A stretch of 64,000 bases of DNA, taken from assembly GCF_006345805.1 (NCBI RefSeq), contig NW_021831286.1, positions 423,742 through 487,741 on the forward strand. Reading direction: 5' to 3'. Position numbers and translations under genes: made by a program. The notes beneath the pieces are model-generated. The model was not told where the DNA came from. It was given only the letters and a program-made list of their open reading frames with translations, and made no database searches. Source of the stretch: Octopus sinensis (Eukaryota). Shown in pieces: positions 24,473 to 36,590 of the stretch (the stretch's first letter is position 1; every line of letters begins with the position of its first letter).

Positions 24473-25640
24473 ATGAATCTCTTTGTTGATAAAAACCGTG
24501 AACCCCGACAGTCAGAACGACTTTTAGTAGTAAGAAGGAGAGTTAAAGTAAAAATAGATCAAAAACCGTTTTTACGTGCAAAATAAACTGGGAGAAGGTA
24601 GAGGGAGGGATATAGGGAGTAGGGACATACGGAGTGGTCTACAAGGCCTACGACCTGATCGAGAATGCGGTGGTGGCCATAAAGGAGTACAGAATCCTCA
24701 ACTTCCACGAACCGGGAGTCCACTCCACCACAATCCGTGAAATATCAATTCTGCGTGAAATAACCCACCCCAACATAACCAGGTGCCCCATCCACTCCAA
24801 TCCAGTTTCACTGAGATTCTGACGTGTCCTCGGGGGATATATCTGATAATGGAGTTCCTCGATGGTGGGGACCTGTCTCACCTTATCAAGAAGTGCAGAC
24901 ATCGGGAGATGGAACTGTCCCCCGCCCAGATCAGGGTAGGCCACATCCTCATCCCAGTCCTTCTCCTTCCAGATGCTGTTGGGACTGGAATACTGCCATT
25001 CGAGGAGAATAGTCCACCGAGACCTCAAACCTCAGAATTTGCTGTTAGACGGGCGAGGGGGACTCAAATTGGCCGATTTCGGTCTGGGGAGGGCAGTGGA
25101 TGTGCCTGTGGGGATATACACTCACGAAGTCGTCACTCTCTGGTATCGCCCGCCCGAGATCCTCCTGGGGGAACCACACTATTCCATTTCCTGTGATGTC
25201 TGGGCCGTGGGGTGCATTATGGCTGAAATGTTCACTCTCGTTGCCCTCTTCAGAGGAGATTCAGATATTCATCAACTTTTTAGAATCTTCGAGTTTGGAC
25301 GTATTTGGGCATTTAGAATTATGGGCACCCCGTCGGAGGACAGTTGGACAGGCCTATGCAAGCTCCCTGATTATTGTCAAAAATTTCCTTCCTGGTCTAC
25401 CAATCAGTTGGATTCGGTTTTGAGGAAGAGTATCTCCTCCGAGTCGGCCATTAACGTCATTGAGGTAGATTGTTCACTCAGTCTCAGAAAATGCTTGTTT
25501 ATGATCCTTCTATTAGGATTTCCTGTCGTTCGGCACTCAAACATGATTACTTTGACGAGTTGGACAGGCAGAGTTTCGAGGGGTATGTTTTTTCTGCCAA
25601 AAAGAGGGAAGAAATGATCAAAGTCCTCACCTCCAACTAA
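24473..25640 (+). CDS. CDK1/2-like cyclin-dependent kinase with HSTTIRE helix
   Basis: GEGTYGVVYKA, HRDLKPQNLL, LADFGL, YTHEVVTLWYR; introns of 28, 25, 23, 22, 24 and 23 nt. Confidence 0.9.
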
Positions 25641-25754
25641 TTCTGTTTCCTTTTCTCATTTTTTGTTAGATTTTATTCACGTGTGCTTAATTAGGAATTT
25701 AGAGGCAATCACAAATATGACCTTAAAAATATGACTTTTTTGACCTTATAAAAT

Positions 25755-26600
25755 ATGACCTTATTGCCGTCCTTGCTGATTAGGAGTATTAAGTTTCCTG
25801 CACTGAGTAAACCCGTTTCGATGGTCCACAAATACAAACAAGTCCCCCCTCACTTGATAGTCATCGCAGTCCTCCAAGGGCGGGGCACTGTGTCCTTCCA
25901 GTGGAGTAATGGCCAAATGCCCTCTGTCTATAGCACACGTGAGGTCGATTGGGGCAGGGAGTGCATCCAGTCTCACCTCCACGACCAATCTCTCTCGGAA
26001 CATCCTTTCGGGCCTCTAGAAAATAGACAAGACTGCGGGAGATTGTGGACTGGAATAAGGAGGACCCTCACTTTGTCCAGATGTATGACTTGGAGGCGTA
26101 CTGTGTGTTGGTGGAGGTGATTTGGACATATCCAGTTGTCGTGTTATGAGTGACTTCATTCTTCCTGAAGGTTATCGTAAAACTCCATCAGTTCTCGTTT
26201 GATTCTGCGAATAATTATAAACAAATCAGTCTCGATCGATTAAGCATGTTGCCTTAAGCACTCACTCACTTAGACTCTCGTCTTGGACAAACAGCCACGG
26301 AATGGAGTCCCCCTTCGCACCTGCAATGACATTAGGGAGGCAACCAAGTAGTCGTCGAGAACTATTGACAACCAGTTTCCAGTAAAATTAATAAAAATTT
26401 GTCAATAAGAATTGCCTCGTTTTTAGCCTCGATTTAGCAATTGTTTTATTGTTTGGATAGATCAGTCTGTTGACGGGATCGAGTAATGCAGGGTCTTGAT
26501 GCAAACAAAGTGACAGATTTAGCATTTTTTGAACATTTGTAATTTCTCTATATTTTCTGGCTCTGTTTGCTTATCTGAGTCATCGTCATTATCTTCAGAA
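25755..26600. other. Probable coding region, unidentified; strand and splicing unresolved
   Basis: GC-rich island like neighbouring genes, with long open stretches on both strands and no recognised motif. Confidence 0.25.
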
Positions 26601-27844
26601 GCTGAGACTGTTTGGTATTGGCCAAGTTGACAAATTCTTCTTCTGTAACTGGATTACCGACTAGTTTATTCATGAGGGATATGAACACTAAATTGTTTGC
26701 ATGATTGTCGTTTAAATTACATTTTTACAGGAATGCCATACTTATTAAAGCATTGTTGAAGAAAATTAAGGAAAATAGAGAAGAATTAGTTGAAGATAAA
26801 AATTGCGGGGAAGAAGTCCTGGAAGAAATAATAACTGAAGCAATATCTGAAGAAAACGAAGATATAGTGAAAAGTCGCGAATTTTATAATGGAATGGGAC
26901 AGAGGACAAAACTTTGATTCATTTTTCAAATCTTCAATTTTCAATAAATTTGGAGCATCTAGATTTTTATTTTCTTTAATTTCAGTCTTGTATATTTACA
27001 CCCATTGATTTGTGAGAATTCAAATCACGAATAAAGATTTTAATACAATTAGAATTGTTTCATACTTAATGAAATTTAGACAAAATTAGATAAAAATCTC
27101 GGAAATCTACTAACAGATCTTGAAGTTGTTTTATCCAATTGTGTTTATTACAAAAATACAAAATTTTGGAAAATTCTTCTTCAAGGTACACGAAGAAAGA
27201 AAAGAATAATTATTTCTTCTATGTCATTTGTAATACTCAACAGTTCTAGCAACTTGGTGGAAATATCTTGCATTAGTTCAATGATTTTCAACAGTTCTAG
27301 CAGCAAGAATATTTTATTGCATCTGACAAATCAATGTTCAAATGGCAGTGGATCTTTAAGCATGTTTGGACAAATATAAAAAAAGCTGAATTTCAAAAAT
27401 TATTTACATTATTGGGACATAAAACAGTTTTTTAACACATACTTTGAAAAATTTTTTGAAAAATTTTAATCTACAGACTATCCTTATAAAAGAAATATCA
27501 ACGACTACTTCAGCTAATGAAAATCACTTTGTGAAACGGAATAAAAACATCGGCTTGAATACACAATTTTATCTCTACGAGGGACTATTACTAAACTATA
27601 TACTCCAAGAACCTCCCTCGAAATTGATACTGACAAAAAAGGAACGTGTGACTCTCGCAAGACTTCGCTGCGGAAATTTTTAGAGTGCTCAAAAAAACAG
27701 TTAAGTAGCAACGAAGATTATGGGTAAGTGTCATTTTATAGTATAAATGGAACCAGTATAATCAGAATTACTGTATTAATCATATTGTTAACAGATGGTT
27801 ATTATATCTTTTTTTAACTTAATAACGTATTTAATTTTTTAGTT

Positions 27845-27980
27845 CTGGGATCGAGGATCCCCGATGTCTCCACTGCGATCGGGGCAAAGATATGGCGGTG
27901 AGATAATGCACTGAATTTCTTGATTTTTAGCGTTTCGGCCAGGTTAGCTGCGAAACCCGGCTCTGCGGCTGACGTATGAT
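27845..27980 (-). mobile_element. CRE-like RLE fragment
   Basis: AAEPGFAANLAE..KF..FAPIAVETSG. Confidence 0.6.
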
Positions 27981-28039
27981 TTTGTATTTAATAATCATGG
28001 TTTTAACTTAAAAGGACATTATAATTCTTTGGCCGTTAA

Positions 28040-28420
28040 TGATATTGGATTACTACAAGATCACACAACTCTCCAAAAGATAATGGAATAAAAATAGTAG
28101 ATGGAGGAATGATGGCTCAAGAAGATGAAGAATTTTGTAATGAATTTGTTAATTCGAATGATGCACAATTATTATCACCACTGCTGTGTATACTTAAAAC
28201 TAAAAATAAAACAAAAACTAATATCCGTTCGGCTGGGCTATAACCCCTTGATAATTAATCTATTATTTCTAAAATTCACATTTAAAGCAATGAAATCTAA
28301 TATTATAATCGGATACGACAGCAGAGGCTCTTCTCTTGAACTTTTATCGTGTTTAACTAAAAAAAACCAAAAGGATAACCATAAATATAAAAACGAAATA
28401 AGTGAAGATGATCTTGGACA
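28040..28420 (+). pseudogene. Phosphoacetylglucosamine mutase (PGM3)-like N-terminal fragment
   Basis: ITTRSHNSPKDNGIKIVDGGMM (cf. TASHNP..DNG.K.VD) and IIIGYDSRGSS; frameshifts, then truncated by a CRE fragment. Confidence 0.5.
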
Positions 28421-29500
28421 AGGAGTCATTGAGCTCTCAACGACGTTATAAGATAAGCTCTCGATTCAATCGGATTCCCATCAGTGCTGGAACCACCTGG
28501 ATTGGACCGAGGAGATGGAAAACGCCCAGACGGGATTACTATCCTTCCGTTTTTGGAAGGAAAACCTCTCGTATGGGATTCAACATGTTCCGACTCCTTG
28601 TCCAAGACAAACATGTTGGAAAGTGCCTGCAATGCCGGCTCAGTTGCGGATAAAGCAGAGAGACTAAGATTGTCCCAAAAAGAATATAGATGCTTAAATT
28701 AGACTAGATGTCCGTGTTCAGACACATTCAGACACTTAGACTAAGATTGTCCGTGTTCAGACACTTTCTCGGAGCTCAACCTTCCTTCTCAGCTGTCGAG
28801 CCTGGCTCAGTCTTCGCAAAAACGAGAAGATGAAGATGGAAAGTACAAGGGCTCTCTGACGGTATCTGTTCACTCCCATCCCGTCGAGACTCCGTCATCG
28901 GCGAAAAGTCTCTTTCCTTTAAAAAAGCTTGGCCGCATGATCTCCATAACGGGGAGACCCACGCGAGTCCAAGTGGCTTTTCGAAAGGATTTCCTTGGCA
29001 TAGACGTGGAAACTGTGTTTCCATTTACGATGCCGGGAATTTAGTTAGTTAATAACTATTTGTTAATTTTTTTTTTTTTTTTTTATTTTTTTTTTTTTTA
29101 ATGTTAATTTATAAAGGAAAACCAACAATAGCTACAAGTTATTAATTAAAAGCTTCAAGTGCGGAAGCCGACGCGATAGAGAAAGAATTAGTACTATCGC
29201 AAGGGATATCCGTGAAAAACCATCTCGATTCGCGGGCGTCGCCTGTGATGGCAGAATGCGAGATCGATCTCCTGAACGAAGCTGATTGCCTTACTACCAA
29301 GGACCGGAGTCTCAACCGCGAAAGGAAGGAATGGAACTTCTCCGTAAGTGAGGAGTACTTCCGAATCTTTTGCATTCCGCGGTTGTGACAATAGATCCAG
29401 AGCGGAGGCCGATATCAGCAGGTCTGAGGCGAGAAGAGTCCACACACGTGGCATCCCAGGTGAGAGGCTTCCCACTGTTGAAAGGAAACACAGTTATCCC
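28420..29500. mobile_element. Cluster of three CRE-like RLE fragments (28420-28700 +, 28776-29035 -, 29066-29500 - with poly(A))
   Basis: EPPGLDRGDGKRPDGITILPF..GKPLVWDSTC; PFAVETPVLG; T run at 29066-29100. Confidence 0.75.
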
Positions 29501-29989
29501 GTCAATACATATAAAAAAAAAAAATTAAAGCCGAAAAAAAAAAAAAAAAAGATGCTTAAATTTTATTAATAAATAGAGGAAACAAGTGAAATAATTTAAA
29601 AAAGCAAAACTCAGAAACTCTACATGCCCTCCAACCAACAGGAACGATCGTCCAAACATTCAAAAAGAACGTCAAGTCACGCTCAAGCAATGCAGAGTAT
29701 AGAACATCATCACAGCTTTGTGTAAGAACAATCTGATGAACGTTCTTTCAAGGCAAACTTTAGAAATGATCCCTAGAAGTATAGCCTTACAATTGCCAAT
29801 TTTGGAAATTTTAAGTTATTCACCTCTTTTAGTTAAAATATATAAATTATTTAGCAGGGTTAATAATTGATAATTATTTTTCTAAATTATTAATAATTAT
29901 TTTAAATATAAATATTGATACTAAAGAAATATTTTAAATAATTTTTTTTCACAAATATATTTAGATCATCCATAAAAGCAAATGTTTAA

Positions 29990-30270
29990 TGGCATAGCTC
30001 TTCTTCGATGAACTATAGATTGACTAATATGCACTGCAGTGCATTTCCAGTTAATATTCTACTCAAAGGACCCATCACCAAAACAAATAGCTGTGGAGAC
30101 AAGAAATCTTTTTGCAAGATTCCTCTTGATATTTTTGGTGTTTTGATTTCATATTTGTGGAAATTAAGTTTAACTCGCAATTTTATAGCCAAAGTACGGA
30201 TAAAATTAATAATCCACAGCAGAACTTTAAATAGGAATTCATGGCTTACTGTGTCAAATGCTTTTTGAAA
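29990..30270 (-). mobile_element. R4-like RT fragment
   Basis: KAFDTVSHEFL, RGILQKDFLSPQLFVLVM. Confidence 0.6.
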
Positions 30271-30289
30271 GAGAAGTGGAGGTGTAAGG

Positions 30290-31260
30290 GCTCGGGTCGC
30301 TTTTGGACGATGCTGAGGACATTGCCCGCAGAAAATGTTGGCGTCGTGTGCACTAAAGAAGTGGAATCGAATCATACAAGAATACTTTTCTAATCAAGGA
30401 ATTGGATTTCGTGGTCGGCCAAGACGCACGTTTCTGCCTGGGGGATGATTACGCAAGAATTGGCGACCGACTTAAAAATGGTGACGATCTTGAGGACAAT
30501 CGCAATTGCGCGAAGAACAAGGCTGGATGGAAAAGACTGACTCGGAGGATAGTTGAGAGTACATGAGCGAAACCTTAGTGCTTATGCCAGCTTTTGACTG
30601 AACTTGATTTGTCCAGTCTTCAAGCGCTTGGTTTGCTGAGAAAAAGTAATTTAAAATAGCTCCCCGATAAATAAGAATTGGTCTATCGAATATCTTGTGC
30701 AATCAAAAAGTTCGTCATGCTCATTTGCCCAATTGAGCTTTGGATTTATGAGAGCAATTTCTAAATCTTTTTTTCGTCGAAGAGGACCGAACTCTTACCA
30801 GTTTATCATTTGCTCAACGGAATAGAGCTTTTTGTGCAATAAGCAATCATTGAGGCTCTAACAAAAATGAGATGAATGGTACTGCGAGGCTGTCTAGTTG
30901 GCAGAGAATGATTTCGCCAAAAATACGGCTGGATACGTCCGATTACTATTGGAAACGTTCTCGAAAGACTGGCTGCTAAAGTCAGACCACGGAGGGCATC
31001 ATAGAGACTCAGCTGCAAACTCTCGCCACTTCAGCTTTGTGTGGGAATTCCAAATGGATGTGAAGCTGCAGTGCATGCAATCAGAGAATTCATTGCGCAA
31101 AAAAGAAACTCAAATGTTTTAGCAATAAAACTGGATATTAAGAATGCATTCAACAGCCTGCTTAGAAAGGGCCCCGATATTAACAAGAGTTGAAAAGAGC
31201 GATCCCCTCGGTATTGACTCTGCTGTATGCAAAGCCAATTCTACGTTCAACCTGTGATGG
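30290..31260. mobile_element. Decayed CRE-like element in two opposite orientations (N-terminal part on -, RT part on +)
   Basis: Plus strand 30800-31260 has degenerate RPIAVG, GCEAAVH, KLDI.NAFNS, DPLG; minus strand 30290-30800 has a weak N-terminal match. Confidence 0.5.
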
Positions 31261-32704
31261 AACAACAGCAACACAAAAAAGTTGATAAAAATCAATAACT
31301 TTAATAACATCTATACTAAAGCTTTAATGTATCCTGGGTATTGACAATTAAAGACTTTAATCCCATCTCAAAAATACTCTATTGGATTTCCCAATCCGTT
31401 TCTTAACTATTTCCTCCGGATTTTTCCCTCCGCAAGTATCTCATTCAAAACATTTTTGTTGGGTGCATTTCTTCTGGATATTCATTATTAGAGATGTCCT
31501 TGGAATATCCCAAAGAGTTTTCAGGTTAAAATTTTGATCCAGTCATAAGATGGTGTCACAGAATTCCCAAAATAGTCTTTGATTGTCGTATTATCCAGGT
31601 TTTTTTCCCGTAATTGTTTGGCGACTGGGTAACATCCTCAGTTGACTCTGTGAGTCGACAGACCACAATTGACTTTCGTTCGGCTCCAGAAGAAAGAATC
31701 TTGTGGCAAATAAATCACTGGTGATATTTCACACCTTTTTTAATCACGAAATAAAATTTATAGTTGAGATAATTATCGTACCCCAGTTTGAGAACAACTG
31801 CATTAGACTAACAGCACCTTTCAAGAATGTTTCTGAAATTTTCAATGAAACCGACGATAAAATGATATGATACGAGAGATTTCATGAAAATTCCAACTAA
31901 TTGCTTATTCAAAAAATTTTAACTACTTTCTCAAGATCTCGTACACATTAGTCGGAATCCACTTATTAAAATATGAGTTCCTACTGAACTTAACTCCCCA
32001 CAAAATAAAATAAATGAACTAGAAAGTATTAATTCTTTTAACAAACTTTCTTATGGTAGCAAGCAGCAGAGGATTTATTGTATGAGAATTAGTGGATTAG
32101 TATTTAGGGCTATTTAGCTGTTCAGAAATACACCGCTTGAAATATAAGTATTTTTAAATACAATCAGTCATCTTTTTGCCGATTTAGAGTCAGCGTAATC
32201 CACATAATGTCATCCATGTTATTTTCTCACGGATAGCCAGGGCCAGCGAGAATCGTGAAGTTAAATACCAGTGCTTAGACGGGTCGCCAGTAACCATCTC
32301 CATAAGTGAGCCGATCACCGAAAGCAGATTCAGCGTAGAATGTGTATGTATTTTTCCATTCTTAGTCGCAAGGGACAAACACTCTTCATGAATTGTCAAA
32401 ATTGCACTGTTTAACCTTATTAAACTATTAGAGAAATAGTTAGCATCAATATTATGTTATCTGAGCTTAATTGATTTATCTGAATGCTCTAATGTATAGA
32501 TGTGACCGTCGTTTGGTTGTATAATTTGATTTTCATTCATTCAATTTGTTTAATACTTTTGTTTTGCCGTTCTAGACGACGACCTTCAATACAAACATTT
32601 TCAAAAGTCAAATTACCCTGACTTAATGCTAGATCAGAAAGTTAAAATATGATTATTCCTAAACAAAGAAACCAGATTAGTGAGTTAGTTAACGTTAGTA
32701 ATAA

Positions 32705-33492
32705 TTAGTCTCGATATATCTGGTAGAGTTGTGCCCCAATTCCGATCACATAAATTGCAGATTGAAACCCCTCAGTGTAGTAATTTGAAGATCTAAAAAC
32801 ACTATAAAAGTATTGGTCGTTGATTCCATAGAGAAGAGCAGCAATAAAAGAGAATTGGACATCACTAATTTGAATCAAATTTATATACAATGACGTCTTT
32901 GAAGACTGGACGACAGAGACTCCGCGTATGATTGCAATGACAGGCTCAACAATTCGATCAGAAATTCCTGAAGCATTGTGTTGGGAATTCACCTGCTAGA
33001 AATCCCAAAAGAATAGGCATCAAGGGACTATGAGAATTGCCATAACTAAGCATTGCTTGTCTGATTACGAATAGACGAGATACGGTGCTCATACAGGCCA
33101 AAATTGTGTACAAAGTCTTGTGGGCCATGAAAGAAACGAGACGCTCGAATGTGACGCAGAACACAACAATCCTTCAAAATACCAAAAGAAAGAATTCTGA
33201 CCAGATGAAGAGAATAATCAAAATGTTTTGAGTATTCGAAAATGCATAGAGCAGGGGTTTTCCCATCAGAAAATTGACGACAAGTTCCGTACGACTGCAC
33301 AAAATTATTGCGCAGAAAAGAGTGGAAACCAGATTTCTTGTTATGAATAAAGTTCCGCCTGTGTATGTTGAATATTATCTAATTAGTACTTTGAGAAATT
33401 ATTAGAGAGCGGAGAGATAGGCATGTCAAAATATAATTAGCAATTTGACAGAGAAATAATATATCCGATTCCAAAAGATGGCGCTGAAACAT
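32705..33492 (-). CDS. TMEM38: Trimeric intracellular cation channel (TRIC)
   Basis: LCQIANYILTCLSL..RNLVSTLFCAII..NFLMGKPLLYAFSNTQNIL..W matches the TMEM38 pattern; introns of 31, 30 and 25 nt. Confidence 0.72.
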
Positions 33493-33779
33493 TATAAATA
33501 AATATTTTATTGTAATTTAAATTATTTTACCTAAAAATTAATATAGTAAATAATAAATATTTAATTATTAAATAAATTTTTCTCATTAATAAATATCATT
33601 AAATGGTTTTGGATCTGCCCATCCGTGGACTGAAAATGGGCCCCAAGAGGGTGAGGTTGATGCAACAAAATACAGTAAACATCGGTTAATTGCATAATAT
33701 TTGTCCACGGAAAATCATATGAAATTATCCGATAAGAAAAATTAATAATTTTTCAAATGTTTTCCGGTTTATAATTTTT

Positions 33780-34253
33780 ATTAGATCTTTAAATGTGCGT
33801 TGGTACCAGTATTCAGCACCATTTATATCGCAATCTTTTTTCTCCTCATAAATTATATGTCCCTTCTTTCCAGCGACAAAGCAAACCTGAGGTAGAAATA
33901 GTCATCCATTTTTAGAGTTTTAGCAAAGCTATTTGCTTTGAGTTATTGTGACCATTCATTGGCATATTTTTGATCTGAACAAACCAGGCGGACAATACAG
34001 TTTTGTCGTTCTTTTCATTGCCATCTCGTCGTCTTTTTCGACTCAAATTGGTGCAATTAAATTTATCCAACAAACGAGTGTTCTCCAATGTCTTCTCCAT
34101 CATTCCATACTTTCACCATTGGACAAGAAAATGTCTGCTAATTGAATGATTTTAACCAGACTTTGCATCAATGCTGTTCTCAACGGCACATACACTCGAC
34201 GCTACGTGGCCAGTCACAATCTTGCTAGCACATTCACTTTTCAGTCTGTTCAT
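33780..34253 (-). other. Small unidentified gene or pseudogene divergent from RPS3
   Basis: ATG-initiated MNRLKSEC..VENSIDA, basic RKRRR, several 24-30-nt GT-AG candidates; no unique splice solution. Confidence 0.25.
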
Positions 34254-34342
34254 AACTCTTTTATTGTCATTATAATTAATTAAAGTTTAAATTAATTATA
34301 TTTTCAACATTTAAATAATTTTTCACGTGTAGTCTTAGTGGC

Positions 34343-35085
34343 ATGTACGGACAAGACAATCTCTCGATTAAGAAACGAGTATCAAATATTGTTAATATTA
34401 CTAGTTTGTGGCCGAAGGTTTACTAAGAACTGAACTAAAGTCAACAATGATGAGAATATTCCGTGAAGAGGGATTATCGGATGTTTCCATTCGGCATCAC
34501 CCAAAGAAGATTGAAATAATCCTGATGGCCACTCGCCCTCAGCAAATCGCTGCTGATCGGGGATTGAAGATTAGAGAACTGAAAGGACTGATATCTTCTC
34601 GCTTTGGATTCCCCACCGATCAAATCGAAGTATTTTGTTTGTTGGTTAGTCAAGATATCTGTCGAACGTCTTCAAGATAAAGGGCTTAGTGCTGTGGCAC
34701 AGGTGGAGTCCATCCGTTACAAGCTGATAAGTGGGTTGGCGGTGAGGAGAGCAGCCCATTCGACTATCAAGTTGTGCATGGGGGCGGGTGCAAAGGGAGT
34801 TGAGGTCAAAGTGTCCGGAAAACTTCGCGGTCAGAGGGCCAGGTGTTCTAAATTTGTGGACGGTTATTTGATTCACTCCGGGGATGCTCCCAACTACTAT
34901 TTGGACAGGGCTGTGACAGGGATTCAGATGAAATCAGGTAGTGACTATTCATATTTGTAGGTGTCATCGGCATACAAGTCACCATCATGAAGCCACATGA
35001 CCCCACTGGAGTTAAGGGACCCAAAAAACTGTTGCCCGACAGTGTCACTATCATTAATCCTAAGGATTTGACCGATAAATCATAA
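34343..35085 (+). CDS. RPS3: 40S ribosomal protein S3 (uS3)
   Basis: [47 protein letters not shown]; introns of 26, 25 and 23 nt. Confidence 0.97.
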
Positions 35086-35149
35086 GGACAAGTCATCTTA
35101 ACAATGTTATGTGTTTTTCTGGTTTTTTGCTTGTTCTTTTACTGAGTAG

Positions 35150-35380
35150 TCTATTTATTTTGTTGTTATATTTTAACGATGTGAACAGAAACCTTTCTGA
35201 CGACCAATCTACGCATATTAATAACAGTTTCGTGTTCTCTCCATCGGTTAATAATATTCCGTGCTTTTGGTAATGTCAGCAATCTAGAATTCTCTCCATG
35301 AATTTTAACTCCTTACAACTACTTGTTTTAGATCCAAAGAATGCTTTTTCTTTGTAGACATTATAATTTTAATAATGAGC
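35150..35380 (-). mobile_element. Tc1-like transposase N-terminal relic
   Basis: HSLDLKQVVV / IINRWREHETVINMRR..RKVS paired-HTH-like fragments. Confidence 0.4.
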
Positions 35381-35759
35381 AAAAATATAAGTGAATTTAA
35401 ATAAAACCGAATCTATTAACCAATTTTATGAACTTACGGCTAATCAATCATTTCTAGAAAAAAAGAAACTACCAAAAGATATCATTGCAGTAAAAATCCA
35501 TATTTCATTGATAGTCCCATCACTTTTTTTCGAGATAAAATTTAAAGCGCAGTTTCAATTATATTTTGCGCGCCCTGAGTGGCGACGAGAGCGACCTTTT
35601 TTGTTGCCGATGACCTACATCTTCACACTACTGACTAAAAATAATTGCTAAAAATTTTAAAAACTTAACATTTTTTGACTCTATTCATATTATCTATTTT
35701 GATATCATTTCGTAGTTTGATCTAAATGTTAGGAAAGACAAACAACCATTAATTTTGAA

Positions 35760-36040
35760 TATGAAATGTTTTTATTTCTTAAAAGAAAACAGAGAGAAAA
35801 GAGAGTTAACAAGAGGACTTCCCCGCCTCGTAGATGGAGAAACAGTTTCCACGTATAATGGCAAGGGAAATCCTCTGAAGGAGCCATCCACACTCACGCG
35901 TGTCGTTTCTCTTGCGAGAAATCAGACGACCCAGCTTTTTGAGGAAAATGAGTGACCTGTCGCCGATTACGCCAGAGGTCTCCACGGCGATCGGGATAAA
36001 CAGATAGCGTTCCGAGAGATTTAAAAATTGTATCATTCAT
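35760..36040 (-). mobile_element. CRE-like 3' end
   Basis: FIPIAVETSGVIG..WLLQRISLAIIRGN. Confidence 0.8.
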
Positions 36041-36340
36041 TAAAAAAAAATACATCGTAATTTTACCATCAAGTTCATCTTCGACAAACAAGGCCTCATT
36101 ATTTTCATCCAAATTATAAATGAGATTATAACCTGATATTTCATGAATGACCCTGTAAATTTCAGAAATACCCCTAAACTTTTAGTCCAATTGATTGCCG
36201 AATGATCTGTCGTGTTATAGGAAAAAGTAACTTTGTCTAAAAATTGTTTCCAATTTTTAGTTCCTTCTTTATCCATCAGTTTTGCCATGCTCCGTGTCAA
36301 TGATAGATTAAAGCGCTCAATTGCATCCCAATTTATTTCA
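36040..36340 (-). mobile_element. Ginger-like integrase fragment
   Basis: IERFNLSLTRSMAKLM..NW..FLDKVTFSYNTTDHSA. Confidence 0.6.
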
Positions 36341-36590
36341 AATTTATAATTTTATGACCTGGGATGGCTTGGTCTTTTATAAATATGTTTGATTTTTATT
36401 TTCTTCGCATACTTGATACATCAGTTGATTTAGTCGTTTATCTTTTTTTTATAACAACAGTGCATTATTCAAATAATTAATTCGCGGCTGACGACATAAT
36501 CGAATAGGCATTGCCGCGAACAACGGCCAAACCTATTCTTTGTCGAAGCCATGTTGGTTCCAATTCCAATTCGTTGTCCGTTTGTAAAAT

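Noticed and set aside
33780-34253. MutL paralog (MLH3/PMS1), suggested by VENSIDA
   Set aside because: No clean splice gives the DNGxG or GFRGEAL boxes; the match may be coincidental
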